A DNA stretch of 64,000 bases from Candidatus Nomurabacteria bacterium (lineage in GTDB: Bacteria; Patescibacteriota; Minisyncoccia; Phycocordibacterales; UBA9973). The stretch covers positions 732,619-796,618 of the forward strand of contig CP064958.1 of assembly GCA_016699085.1 (NCBI GenBank), in the 5' to 3' direction. The translations under genes and the position numbers were made by a program. Below the pieces are notes generated by a model. That model saw only the letters and a list, made by a program, of their open reading frames with translations. It was not told the DNA's origin and made no database searches. Below, one piece after another: positions 9,932-19,825 of the stretch (its first letter is position 1; each line of letters starts with the position of its first letter).

Positions 9932-11008
9932 ATGCAATCAATCATTATTGGACTTCTCATAGGTGGCATCGTTGGAGCTGGCATTATTTTCTTTATTGTA
10001 CGAAGGAAAAAGGACAACACACTTCCCTCACCTGACGCTGGTGCTATGACATTACTCCAATCCCAAATCCAAGAACTCACTCGCACGCTCGATACTCGTC
10101 TCGGTGAATCACAAAAACAAGTGAACGAAACCATCCGTTACCAAAGCAAAGAATCCCAAGACATCATTCGAGACATCACCGAGCGACTCACTAGACTCGA
10201 TGAGACCAACAAACAAGTCGTCTCATTTACCGACCAACTGCAAAGTTTGCAAGACATATTAAAGAATCCAAAACAGCGAGGGGTTTTGGGTGAATACTAC
10301 CTCGAAACCCTTTTGAAAAATGTGCTTCCAACAGGTAGTTACGAAATGCAGTACCAGCTCGGTAAATCTGATGATGGTAGTGACCTCATTCCTGATGCAG
10401 TCGTATTCATCAAAGATAAAATCATTCCTATTGATTCCAAATTCTCACTCGAAAATTATAACCGTCTCGTCGAGGAGCAAGACCCCCTCCAAAAAGAGCG
10501 TCTCGAGAAAGCATTCGTCAATGATCTCAAGAATCGCATTACAGAAACTTCCAAATATATCCAGCCAAGCAAGAACACTATGGAATTCGCCTTCATGTTT
10601 ATTCCCCACGAAGCCATTTATTATGATCTTCTCATCAACAAAGTCGGTGCACTCAAAGATGAGTCCGAAAATCTTATCCAACGAGCTGCTTCGAAGTATA
10701 AAGTCATTATTGTTTCTCCGACTTCATTTCTGGCATACCTACAGACCGTCCTCCAAGGTCTCAAAGCCATGCAAATCGAAGAGAGTGCTAAAGACATCGT
10801 CAAGCGTGTTGATGAGCTCGGCAAGCATCTGAAAGGATATGAGGAGTACCATAACAAGCTTGGCACAAGCTTGAACACTGTGTTCAATCATTACACAAAC
10901 TCAAGCAAAGAACTTAAAAAAGTAGACAAAGATGTTATGCGAATATCTGGTACAAGCGCAGGCATTGAAACGATTGCACTCCTACGGGAAGTTGAAGAAG
11001 ATAATTAA
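9932..11008 (+). CDS. rmuC: DNA recombination protein RmuC
   Basis: N-terminal TM, long coiled-coil, then conserved RmuC C-terminal region (FAFMFIPHEAIYYDL). Confidence 0.88.
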   Translation: MQSIIIGLLIGGIVGAGIIFFIVRRKKDNTLPSPDAGAMTLLQSQIQELTRTLDTRLGESQKQVNETIRYQSKESQDIIRDITERLTRLDETNKQVVSFTDQLQSLQDILKNPKQRGVLGEYYLETLLKNVLPTGSYEMQYQLGKSDDGSDLIPDAVVFIKDKIIPIDSKFSLENYNRLVEEQDPLQKERLEKAFVNDLKNRITETSKYIQPSKNTMEFAFMFIPHEAIYYDLLINKVGALKDESENLIQRAASKYKVIIVSPTSFLAYLQTVLQGLKAMQIEESAKDIVKRVDELGKHLKGYEEYHNKLGTSLNTVFNHYTNSSKELKKVDKDVMRISGTSAGIETIALLREVEEDN

Positions 11009-11111
11009 CGAATAAATCCAAATAAGATATTTTTCGCAACGAGGACTGTTTGAATCTAGCTTTAGCTAGATGAGTTCCGCAGTAAGAAAAAATCTTATTT
11101 GGATTTTAATT

Positions 11112-11963
11112 CTATTTTTTTAGTAGTGCTTTTTTAATTACTTCCGGATAGTGCTGTGGAATAAAATGTGACATGCCAGAAATTACTTCTGTACTAAGGA
11201 TATTTGGGTCAAAATATGTTTTAGCAAATGCAACATTTGATATTGGCACCAAGAAATCCCTTGTGCCTGTAATAAGTTTTATTGGAATCCGAATTGTTTT
11301 CAATCTATCAATATATTGCCTGATTGCATTTGGGAATGCGTAAATCTCCTTAGCACTGGCTCGGAATGGATACGCAATAAACGGCGCAATGTAGCTAATA
11401 AAAGATATTCTCTGCGATAAGCGTTTCCACCCCTTGCCTTCTTCACCGACAGGATCGAGCATCGGCGCAAAAAGAATAACTTGTTCAGCAACTTCCGGAT
11501 GTTCTAATACAAGCAACGCTGCGATCGTGCCTCCATATGAATGACCAACGATTGTAACTTTCTTATTTGGAAATTGTGTAACCAGGACTTCATGTGCAAT
11601 CTGAACTTGTTGAGCGAGCGAGCGCACACCACCAGACGTCCTCCCATACCCAGGTCGATCATAGGTCACCATGGTATATTTTTCTGCAAGTTTATTTTCT
11701 GCCTGATAATCAACAAATACATCTGCTGAGCCAGGTGATCCATGAATAAACAACAGTGGCAAACCATTTCCACTTTGTCGATAAAAAATACTCTGATCTT
11801 TAGAGGTGATTCTTCCTTCAGTATATGCAGTACTAGTTTTTTTAAAAATCGTTTTAATTTTATTATTCGGCAATACATACACGCGAAAATGCGTCAAAAG
11901 CAACATAAGTACAAAAACCATAGCAAGTAGGGCGAATATGCTTAAGAAAATCATGAGTATCAT
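11112..11963 (-). CDS. alpha/beta-fold hydrolase
   Basis: HGSPGS oxyanion region and GHSYGG nucleophile elbow. Confidence 0.8.
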   Translation of the reverse strand: MILMIFLSIFALLAMVFVLMLLLTHFRVYVLPNNKIKTIFKKTSTAYTEGRITSKDQSIFYRQSGNGLPLLFIHGSPGSADVFVDYQAENKLAEKYTMVTYDRPGYGRTSGGVRSLAQQVQIAHEVLVTQFPNKKVTIVGHSYGGTIAALLVLEHPEVAEQVILFAPMLDPVGEEGKGWKRLSQRISFISYIAPFIAYPFRASAKEIYAFPNAIRQYIDRLKTIRIPIKLITGTRDFLVPISNVAFAKTYFDPNILSTEVISGMSHFIPQHYPEVIKKALLKK

Positions 11964-12319
11964 AGGTTTTCCAATTCTTCGATTTGAGCTAGTATTTTAC
12001 GATATAACACTTCCTGTGCATCGTCCTTTTCGTGCCCAGGATCAGCAATATATGCGACATGATAAAATGATTGAAGAGCATCACTAATAAACCCAGCATC
12101 TTTATATGTCTCCGCAATCTGTATATTAAACAAAATATCCCGCAAAGGCTCCTGATGTAATCTCGCTTGCTCTTGGATAATCCATTTTTTCCAAATTGCC
12201 ATTGATTCTGCATGATCCTGTCCATATGTTCTCAATATTGATACGACCACAGAGCGTTCTATATAGTGACGTTGTTCTTGCGATGAGGAATCTTTAATTG
12301 CCTGTCCTTCTAATTTCAT
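11960..12319 (-). CDS. hypothetical protein (119 aa)
   Basis: ORF track; 4-nt overlap with the downstream hydrolase gene. Confidence 0.4.
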   Translation of the reverse strand: MKLEGQAIKDSSSQEQRHYIERSVVVSILRTYGQDHAESMAIWKKWIIQEQARLHQEPLRDILFNIQIAETYKDAGFISDALQSFYHVAYIADPGHEKDDAQEVLYRKILAQIEELENL

Positions 12320-12320
12320 A

Positions 12321-12773
12321 CTATTTTGCTAAATTTTTAATATATGTAAAATGGTTCTCTAATACTGGCTGGACAGACAACCTACTGCCGCGTGCTCGCA
12401 CAACCATACCTTCTAATGCAGAGTCAAATTTAATCTGACTAAGCAGTAGTGGTTGCTTAAATTTTTTGACAAAAGCTATATCAACACATTGCCAAATTGG
12501 TTTTGTTTTTGTTGCTTTTGGGTCAAAGTGATCATCTTTCTTGTCGAATTGTGTCAGATCTGGATATGATTTTGAAACTATTTTTGCAATACCATAGATG
12601 CCCGCATTGGCACCTGAATGATAAAACAATGCCAAATCTCCAATGTGCATACCATCTCGCATATAGTTTCTAGCTTGGTAATTGCGAATGCCTGTCCAGG
12701 CGGTTTTTGCATCACGCTTCAAGTCATCGATTGAGTAACATTCACCTTCGGTTTTTAAAAGCCAGTAATACAT
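12321..12773 (-). CDS. EVE (PUA-like) domain protein
   Basis: WTGIRNYQARNYMRDGMHIGDLALFYHSGANAGIYGIAKIV matches the EVE-domain core. Start set at MYYWLLK (ATG 12773-12771); the longest ORF extends to 12923 with a Lys-rich 50-aa extension. Confidence 0.7.
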   Translation of the reverse strand: MYYWLLKTEGECYSIDDLKRDAKTAWTGIRNYQARNYMRDGMHIGDLALFYHSGANAGIYGIAKIVSKSYPDLTQFDKKDDHFDPKATKTKPIWQCVDIAFVKKFKQPLLLSQIKFDSALEGMVVRARGSRLSVQPVLENHFTYIKNLAK

Positions 12774-12925
12774 GCACCAACTATAGCAAAACAAATCCTG
12801 ATGTCGAATCAGGATTTGTTTTCTGTTACTTTGCTTTTTTTGGTTTCTTTTTTTCTTTTCTTTGAGAATTATTTCCTTTTGCCATATATTTGTATTTACT
12901 AATAAGTACTCATAGTATAGCAAAT

Positions 12926-14386
12926 CTATTTCTCCAAATCGAGAATTTCATCTATGCGGATACTAGCGACAAATTCTGGCACGTGCGATACGAGAATCAT
13001 AGCACCCTTATATGTATCGAGTGCTTCTGCAATCAGCGGAATATGGCGAAAGTTAATATGATTCGTAGGCTCATCGAGAATAAGGAGTCCTGGTCGCTCG
13101 AGCACGAGTCTTGCAAATGCAACCAAGCCTTTTTGACCTTCTGATAGATCTCCAATTTTAGTTTTGATTGCTTCAGATGTAATAAGAAATCCTGCTGCAA
13201 CGCTTCGCATATGTTGTTCATCTTTCTTATCCATAACAGCCATGAGTGATGCGTATACCGTATCATCAAAATTGAGTGTCGAGAAATCTTGCCGATAGTA
13301 GCCTACTTTTACGCCTTTTAGAATTTCCACACCTGCACTGGTACCATTTGCCATTGATTCGAGCAATGTACTCTTGCCAATACCATTTGGCCCTTGGAGC
13401 AACAAATGCTGATTTTTCTTGAGTTTTATATTTGCTTTGCGAGTTGTCGGTTTGTGCTTTTGTATTGTTGTAAAAGAAGTTATGGTTACAATATCACCTA
13501 ATATATCTTCCTGAGCTGGTATCGTAAACGGTCGGATTGTCTTGTCCTCTTTGCGCACATCGACTTGATTTTCTTCCATTTCAGCTGCATCTTCGCGCAT
13601 GCGTTTAGCCAAAAGTCGTAAGCGTCCTCCTTTCATTGCAAAGAAATTTGCTTTCTCCTTTTTCTCAATTGCCTCTTTGGTAAGTCTGGCGTTTTTACTA
13701 TTCTCTTTTTCCACGCGCACTTTGATTTGTTCGGCAACGTTGAAATAGTTTCCTGCATACTGCTCAACTTTACGAGTATAAATATCTAGGTACAGCACTC
13801 CATCAGTAAATGAGTTCAAGAAATCCGCATCATGGGAAATTACCATGACAGTTTTGGTGTAAGATTTTAAAAATTCAGTCAGATGGAGAATACCAGCCTT
13901 ATCGAGATTATTGGTTGGTTCATCTAATAGCAAGAGATCTGGGTCTTGAATAAGTGCGGAAGCGAGCAACAGTCTTGCTTGTTGACCACCAGAGAATGAT
14001 CCAACTATCCGCTCGTGCAACTGTTCATGATGCTTCAGATTAACCACCTCCAAGACGTCATCAATCATAGGATCAATAGCATGGATCTTCTTCGAAAAGC
14101 ATTTCTGGAAAAATTCTCGAACCGTGAGCTCCAAATCTTCTCTCGGTATAACTTGGCGGGAGAGCGCAATCGTGAGTCCTTGCATACGATTGATGACACC
14201 TGATTCTACTGTATGGCCTCTGGTAATAAGATCAAAAATCGTACTCTTGCCAGCGCCATTTTGGCCCATGATAGTAATCTTGGTGCCACGACGTACAGTA
14301 AAATTAACCTCATCTAAGATAGGCTTGTTCTCGCTATATTCAAACGAAACATTTTCAAATGATAATATGCTTTCCGCTTTTGCCAT
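12926..14386 (-). CDS. ABC-F family ATPase (two ABC domains, no TMD)
   Basis: Two Walker A sites (GQNGAGKST, GPNGIGKST), two LSGGQ signatures, linker between domains. Start set at MAKAESILSF (ATG 14386-14384). Confidence 0.85.
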   Translation of the reverse strand: MAKAESILSFENVSFEYSENKPILDEVNFTVRRGTKITIMGQNGAGKSTIFDLITRGHTVESGVINRMQGLTIALSRQVIPREDLELTVREFFQKCFSKKIHAIDPMIDDVLEVVNLKHHEQLHERIVGSFSGGQQARLLLASALIQDPDLLLLDEPTNNLDKAGILHLTEFLKSYTKTVMVISHDADFLNSFTDGVLYLDIYTRKVEQYAGNYFNVAEQIKVRVEKENSKNARLTKEAIEKKEKANFFAMKGGRLRLLAKRMREDAAEMEENQVDVRKEDKTIRPFTIPAQEDILGDIVTITSFTTIQKHKPTTRKANIKLKKNQHLLLQGPNGIGKSTLLESMANGTSAGVEILKGVKVGYYRQDFSTLNFDDTVYASLMAVMDKKDEQHMRSVAAGFLITSEAIKTKIGDLSEGQKGLVAFARLVLERPGLLILDEPTNHINFRHIPLIAEALDTYKGAMILVSHVPEFVASIRIDEILDLEK

Positions 14387-14459
14387 AAATATATAAATAC
14401 AATGCAGGGAAAAGAAAAACACCTTTTGCAATTGCACAAGGTGTTTTTCTTTGGTTCAC

Positions 14460-14660
14460 TTATGCACGTGATACATTTGTCGCTGCTGGGCCTTTTTCGC
14501 CGTCAGTGATATCGAAAGTGACTTCATCGCCTTCTTTCAATTCTTCAAATGTAATACCATTTAACTCTTTTGAGTGAAAAAAGAGATCCTTTGTCTCGCC
14601 TTCGCGAGTAATGAATCCAAATCCTCGATCTCGTACAAGAGTTTTGATTGTTCCCTTCAT
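14460..14660 (-). CDS. cspA: cold-shock protein
   Basis: 66 aa; RNP1 motif RGFGFI and FHSKEL. Confidence 0.9.
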   Translation of the reverse strand: MKGTIKTLVRDRGFGFITREGETKDLFFHSKELNGITFEELKEGDEVTFDITDGEKGPAATNVSRA

Positions 14661-14751
14661 ATGATTTTTGTGATTATTGCTACTTGAGATACTCGACTTT
14701 GTTTCTGTATCTAACCTAAGACTTTAATTCTAAACTAAACAAGCTTTATTG

Positions 14752-15345
14752 TCAAAGGATAACGTCAGGCGTAGTAAGTGCCTGCAATGCTTTTAGGACA
14801 TCTTCCAAATCTTCTACTAAAGGATTTGATTTGCTATATTTCAAAATTTCCCCAATAACATTAATATAAACGCCTATAAATACTTCTTTTGGGAAACCAA
14901 ATCGCTCAAATGTTGCAAGACCTTCCTTAGAATGATCATGGACCAAATCCGATGTATTGGCGATCACATCAGCCGATTTTAAGATTAGCGCTTCTTCTGA
15001 AAAATGTGCAATATGCTCTCTAGCGTGCTTTTTTCTCTCGTGCCACGACTCTATAGTATTTTCCTCGGTAACCGCACTTACAAGGTCTGCAACCTGCACG
15101 CCAAATCTTTCTGTAAGCATTTCTTTGGTTACCTTCTTGTCGATGACACTATCTTCAATCGTGTCATGCAAAATGCCTGCGATAATAACATGCTCACTAG
15201 TACCTGCTGCTGCCAATATTATGCCAACCGTCAGTGGATGCACGATATACGGAATATCTTTACCTTTGCGCTTCTGCTTCTGATAGACTTCGTGAGTTTT
15301 AATCGAAAAACGAATTGCCTCTTTAATTTTTGATGTGTAAATCAT
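14752..15345 (-). CDS. HD-domain phosphohydrolase
   Basis: HPLTVG...ILHDTIED H...HD...D metal-binding pattern. Confidence 0.75.
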   Translation of the reverse strand: MIYTSKIKEAIRFSIKTHEVYQKQKRKGKDIPYIVHPLTVGIILAAAGTSEHVIIAGILHDTIEDSVIDKKVTKEMLTERFGVQVADLVSAVTEENTIESWHERKKHAREHIAHFSEEALILKSADVIANTSDLVHDHSKEGLATFERFGFPKEVFIGVYINVIGEILKYSKSNPLVEDLEDVLKALQALTTPDVIL

Positions 15346-16097
15346 TAGAGACTAGTTGCTGTAAAATTTGTTACTAAAGGCACAGGCTTGTCATCTGAAT
15401 AACCCATAAATTGGTATGCGAATGTGCCTTTTGCAGCTATATGCCCATCTTCATAGTAGACAGCACCCGTTGCAGTAGTAGCATCTAATTCTATATTTGT
15501 TACTTGCCATGTACCACCGAGCACTGGTTTGATTTGAGAGAGTGTCTCTAGGTTTGTTTTGAAATATGTCATCAATAAATCACTTGCCTTTTCTGGATCG
15601 ACAATAATAGAATGAGGGGAATTATTTTCTTTGGTAAGTTCAAAGTATAAAATACTAAATGAATACTTAAATATCCTGATATGCATTTTGCCCAGATAGT
15701 TCCCTGGAGTTACTTCAACAATTTCATCAAGCACTGGTCGCAACCAAAATGGATTCTCAGGAATATTGTAATCGATAGCCAAAACTTGAGTTTCTTTGTC
15801 TCGGAGACCTGCTTGTACTCTAGTCACAAACGGATACTGTTCAACTGTACTATTTCCATCCTTGAATACATTAGTGCCCGTAGATTGAGCCGTACTAAAT
15901 TTTTTACCGAGCCATGAAGCAGTTGGTAAATTACTAACTGTACCTTGATAAAAACCGTCAGGTTTTTGACCAGGTACTCCACCTTCTATAAATAAAGCCT
16001 GATTTGGCGAATGTTCAACTCGCGAAGTAAACCAGACTCCTGCAAATACAATAACGAGCATGACACCGATTGCACATTTTATAATGAAGGAAATCAT
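15345..16097 (-). CDS. membrane-anchored hypothetical protein
   Basis: ORF track. Start moved to MISFIIKCAIGV (ATG 16097-16095) because the longer N-terminus would translate the upstream terminator hairpin. Confidence 0.45.
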   Translation of the reverse strand: MISFIIKCAIGVMLVIVFAGVWFTSRVEHSPNQALFIEGGVPGQKPDGFYQGTVSNLPTASWLGKKFSTAQSTGTNVFKDGNSTVEQYPFVTRVQAGLRDKETQVLAIDYNIPENPFWLRPVLDEIVEVTPGNYLGKMHIRIFKYSFSILYFELTKENNSPHSIIVDPEKASDLLMTYFKTNLETLSQIKPVLGGTWQVTNIELDATTATGAVYYEDGHIAAKGTFAYQFMGYSDDKPVPLVTNFTATSL

Positions 16098-16137
16098 GTA
16101 CAAAGTATACCGTATTTTGTTGAATAAATATACGTAT

Positions 16138-16182
16138 GCATAGCAAAACAAAACCGCCTGAGGCGGTTTTGTTTTGCTATGC
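16138..16182 (-). terminator. 21-bp perfect-stem hairpin terminator after the SWIB gene
   Basis: gcatagcaaaacaaaaccgcc tga ggcggttttgttttgctatgc; followed by T-rich tract on the minus strand. Confidence 0.6.
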
Positions 16183-16189
16183 GCTTTAT

Positions 16190-16450
16190 TTATGAGAGAT
16201 GTTTTGAAACGAGCTTCGTCATTTCAAACATATTAACGACGGCTTTGCCGCCAAACACTTTCTTGAGGTTTTCGTCTGCATTAATATTGCGCTTGTTTTT
16301 TGGATCTTGAAGATCATTCTTCTTTATGTAGACCCAGAGGGCCTTTACAACTTCAGAACGAGGCATTGGGCCTTTACCTACGACAGCTGCGAGTTCATCG
16401 CTTATGTTCATAGGCTTCATAAATGCAGAGTTTACTTTTGGTGTTGGCAT
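16190..16450 (-). CDS. SWIB/MDM2 domain protein
   Basis: 86 aa; LAAVVGKGPMPRSEVVKALWVYIKKNDLQDP is the SWIB core. Confidence 0.85.
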   Translation of the reverse strand: MPTPKVNSAFMKPMNISDELAAVVGKGPMPRSEVVKALWVYIKKNDLQDPKNKRNINADENLKKVFGGKAVVNMFEMTKLVSKHLS

Positions 16451-16543
16451 ATGTTTATTGTTTATTGTTAATACTTAGCAATACTTCTGTAGTATAGCAT
16501 CTTTTACTAGACAATACCTTATAGAGAGCACTACCCTCATAAA

Positions 16544-17158
16544 TTATTTACTAAGTAGTGGTCGTATGGCATCTTCTATTTTTTCCGCAACTCGCATATA
16601 CCCTGCGTCATTAGGGTGAACTGCATCATACATATAGGTACTGTTCCCAATCAAACCTCCCAAAATATTAGGGACGTAGATAAGATCGTTATCGTGAGCT
16701 ATCGATTCATACATCGGTCCATAAGAATCATTAAGTAAAGCACCTCGCACTCCCACCAGAACAACTATAGTTTTTTGTTTTGTAAAAGTTTCAACAATAG
16801 TACGGATATTTTTTTCTGTTTCTACTATAGGTACGTTTCTCAAAATATCATTGCCTCCGATGAGTAGTATCACAATCCCTGGATCTTTGACTGTAACAGT
16901 ATTTATGCGGACAAGAGCATCTGCCGTTGTATCGCCACTAACGCCAAAGTTCTGTATAGGCTGCCCTATACTTTTTGATAAAACTGAAATAAAGTCATTG
17001 CCTCCTGTTGCCCCGTACCCTGCAACTAAACTATCACCAAAACCAATGATCGTAGGGTTTTTAGGAATTGGCACTTCTTTCTTACTGATTTGCATCAATG
17101 CATAAACTAAAGTACCAACACCTACGAGAATCAAAATAATAATCAGCCACTTTTTCAT
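16544..17158 (-). CDS. SGNH/GDSL-family hydrolase (secreted or membrane-anchored)
   Basis: Block I GDSL (GFGDSLVAG), block III GGNDIL, block V DAVHPNDAGY. Confidence 0.8.
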   Translation of the reverse strand: MKKWLIIILILVGVGTLVYALMQISKKEVPIPKNPTIIGFGDSLVAGYGATGGNDFISVLSKSIGQPIQNFGVSGDTTADALVRINTVTVKDPGIVILLIGGNDILRNVPIVETEKNIRTIVETFTKQKTIVVLVGVRGALLNDSYGPMYESIAHDNDLIYVPNILGGLIGNSTYMYDAVHPNDAGYMRVAEKIEDAIRPLLSK

Positions 17159-17167
17159 AACTATGTT

Positions 17168-17668
17168 TTACTCCATTGCACTATTACTACAATCGGTTTT
17201 CTGTAAACTTGGCGCATATGATATTTCATCTGGGTTAGCATAGACATACGCACCACTACCGTTGTCTTTCATTTCGCCGAAACCAACTTTCGCAATATCG
17301 CCTTCGATTATTATCTTGAGCTCTTCTTGAGCGGTCATGCCTTCTGCACTAGTACTCCAAATTGCATTCACAATTTTATTAGTACCATCATCAGAAATTA
17401 TGCCATTAAATATACCGGTCTTTTTATCTTTCTCGGCTGGTAACCAATTGAACTCTCCAACAACATCAGTACCACTAATATCCATAGTAAGGAGTGCAGT
17501 ATCACCTGCTTCAGTATTCCAAATATAACAAACCTGCTCTGTAAGTATTTCTGTATTTATGTCATCTGGAGTATTAGTAGCTACTGGAGTGCTTGGCATT
17601 TTTTTAACAATTAGCACTACAACAACGATTGCAACTATAAGGATAACTATATATTTTATAATTTTCAT
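17168..17668 (-). CDS. hypothetical secreted/membrane-anchored protein
   Basis: ORF track; N-terminal TM. Confidence 0.45.
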   Translation of the reverse strand: MKIIKYIVILIVAIVVVVLIVKKMPSTPVATNTPDDINTEILTEQVCYIWNTEAGDTALLTMDISGTDVVGEFNWLPAEKDKKTGIFNGIISDDGTNKIVNAIWSTSAEGMTAQEELKIIIEGDIAKVGFGEMKDNGSGAYVYANPDEISYAPSLQKTDCSNSAME

Positions 17669-17895
17669 ACTTTAAATTCTTAATTTAATAAAGCTGCATG
17701 CTTCTTTAGTATACGTAATAAGTGCTGGTTCGCCTATCATATCTGGCACTAATATATTCTCTCCACTTTTAATAACATTAACAAGTGGCCACTGACTTTT
17801 AACTAAAGTATCCTGACCGAGCGTATATATTTCTAATTCTTTGTTTTTTGATCCTTCTTATAGTATATGCATAGGTAAGCTCAAGCAGTATGTTA

Positions 17896-18240
17896 TCAAT
17901 TATTTATTTGCTTTATTTGTAAATATATTTTATGACACCAAGCTGCTCCTGCATCGCCACCCCATAATTGCCATGCAATATAACCTTTTGATGGTTTTTC
18001 TTTATTAAAAAAATTTTTGCCTTGTTTATCCACGAAGTGGCGAGAAAAATATGAATACATCCGTGTGATTGTGCGTGGAGACAACACTCGACGATTCTTG
18101 AGATCTCTTGCTCGAGCAATGCCAACACTGGTTCCTCCATGACCAAACTTTGCACGTAATACAAGACCACGCTTTGCTTGCAGTGCCACAAGTGTTGGAG
18201 GTTTAAAATTTATATGATCATATTTTTTATTTTGAGCCAT
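17896..18240 (-). CDS. hypothetical basic protein (114 aa)
   Basis: ORF track; an overlapping alternative-frame ORF also exists. Confidence 0.3.
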   Translation of the reverse strand: MAQNKKYDHINFKPPTLVALQAKRGLVLRAKFGHGGTSVGIARARDLKNRRVLSPRTITRMYSYFSRHFVDKQGKNFFNKEKPSKGYIAWQLWGGDAGAAWCHKIYLQIKQINN

Positions 18241-18299
18241 ATAATTATTCTACCATCAAAATAAAAACCACCCTGTGGGTGGTTTTTTTGGTTTATAAA

Positions 18300-19760
18300 T
18301 TATAAAAGATCATTGGCAAGGTTCGCTAATTCACTTCGTTCTCCTTTTTCAAGTTTTACATGTGCAAAAAGTGGAGATCCTTTCAACCGATCAATGATGT
18401 AACTTAATCCATTGCTATGTGTATCGAGGTATGGCGTATCGATTTGATGGATATCTCCGGTAAAAATAATTTTTGTATTTTCGCCCGCACGAGTAATAAT
18501 GGTTTTCACTTCATGTTTGGTTAGATTTTGAGCTTCATCTACAATGAAAAACACATTTGAAAAACTTCTTCCACGGATGTATGCAAGGGGGCAAACCATG
18601 AGTTTTTCATTCTCTACCATTTCATTAATCTGGCGATATTCTTTATCTTTTTCAGTGAAGCAATTCTTGATGTATTTAAGGTTATCCCACAAGGGCTCCA
18701 TATATGGGTTCAATTTGCTCTTTATATCACCAGGCAAATAGCCGATATCTTTATTACTAAGCGGCACGATTGGACGCGCAAGATATATCTGGTGAAAATC
18801 CCTCCGCTGTTCCAATGCACATGCAAGTGCAAGTAATGTTTTACCAGTTCCAGCAACTCCCTCAAGACAAACAAGCGGGATGTTTGGATTTAATAATGCA
18901 TCAATCACACATAATTGTTCTATATTCCGATGTTTGATCTTATATGCTGTTCGAGTTTTCTTTACCAAGAAAAGCTTATTGGACTGCTTATTAAAACTAG
19001 TAATAATAGGCTCTGTTCCTTGTTTGCTGTCAAAAAGATAATAGTGATTTGGTATTGGCTTCTTACCTTTCTTCTTGAAATAAAGTGAGGCGTCACACTC
19101 ACCATCTTTAAACAGCCCATCAAGTATTTCTGTTGGGAATTTATCAATCAGCGTTCTGCCTGTATATAACTCATCCAGGTTTTTAATTTTTCCTGTCTCG
19201 TAATCTTCAGCGGTAATCTTCAAAAACCGAGCCTTAGCTCGAAGATTGATATCTTTGGTGACTAAAATTACTTGACGATCAGGGTTTTCTTTTTGTACAC
19301 GAAGTACAACATTCAAGATTTTATGATCCGACTTCACACTGTCAAATATCGCATCAGTATCAACACCATTCGCATGACCCATAACAACTCTGAATTGACC
19401 ATGGGTTTTACCGTTAATATTTGCCCAATGTTGCAATGATAAGTTACCCGCAGAAGCTCGATCAAGATAACGTATAAATTCACGCGCTGCAAAATTCTTC
19501 TCTTCACTACCCTTCTTAAAATTGTCGAGCTCTTCGAGAACGGTAATTGGGAGAACAATATGATGCTCATGGAAATTCTTAATTGCTTTGGAATCATCAA
19601 GAATCACTGATGTGTCCAGCACAAAAATCTTTTGATCGGCTCCACCTGGGGCTGGCAGAGAAACATACACTCCATTATTATTTTCTTCCATAGTGAATAT
19701 TTGTTTTTTAGTGAACTGTGAACTGAATGTATTAGTCGCATTATATAGGTCTCGAGGCAT
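18300..19760 (-). CDS. PhoH2: N-terminal PIN domain fused to PhoH-like ATPase
   Basis: PIN acidic residues (VLDTSVILDD...); Walker A GVAGTGKT; Walker B FIVDEAQN. Confidence 0.85.
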   Translation of the reverse strand: MPRDLYNATNTFSSQFTKKQIFTMEENNNGVYVSLPAPGGADQKIFVLDTSVILDDSKAIKNFHEHHIVLPITVLEELDNFKKGSEEKNFAAREFIRYLDRASAGNLSLQHWANINGKTHGQFRVVMGHANGVDTDAIFDSVKSDHKILNVVLRVQKENPDRQVILVTKDINLRAKARFLKITAEDYETGKIKNLDELYTGRTLIDKFPTEILDGLFKDGECDASLYFKKKGKKPIPNHYYLFDSKQGTEPIITSFNKQSNKLFLVKKTRTAYKIKHRNIEQLCVIDALLNPNIPLVCLEGVAGTGKTLLALACALEQRRDFHQIYLARPIVPLSNKDIGYLPGDIKSKLNPYMEPLWDNLKYIKNCFTEKDKEYRQINEMVENEKLMVCPLAYIRGRSFSNVFFIVDEAQNLTKHEVKTIITRAGENTKIIFTGDIHQIDTPYLDTHSNGLSYIIDRLKGSPLFAHVKLEKGERSELANLANDLL

Positions 19761-19780
19761 ATGTCAAATATACATAATTA

Positions 19781-19810
19781 CAAAAAAAGCCTGGAAAACC
19801 AGGCTTTTTT
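19781..19810 (-). terminator. terminator hairpin aaaaaagcctgg aaaa ccaggctttttt
   Basis: GC stem flanked by A/T runs, downstream of the 19826..20335 gene. Confidence 0.55.
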
Positions 19811-19825
19811 GCAATGTTAGATTTT

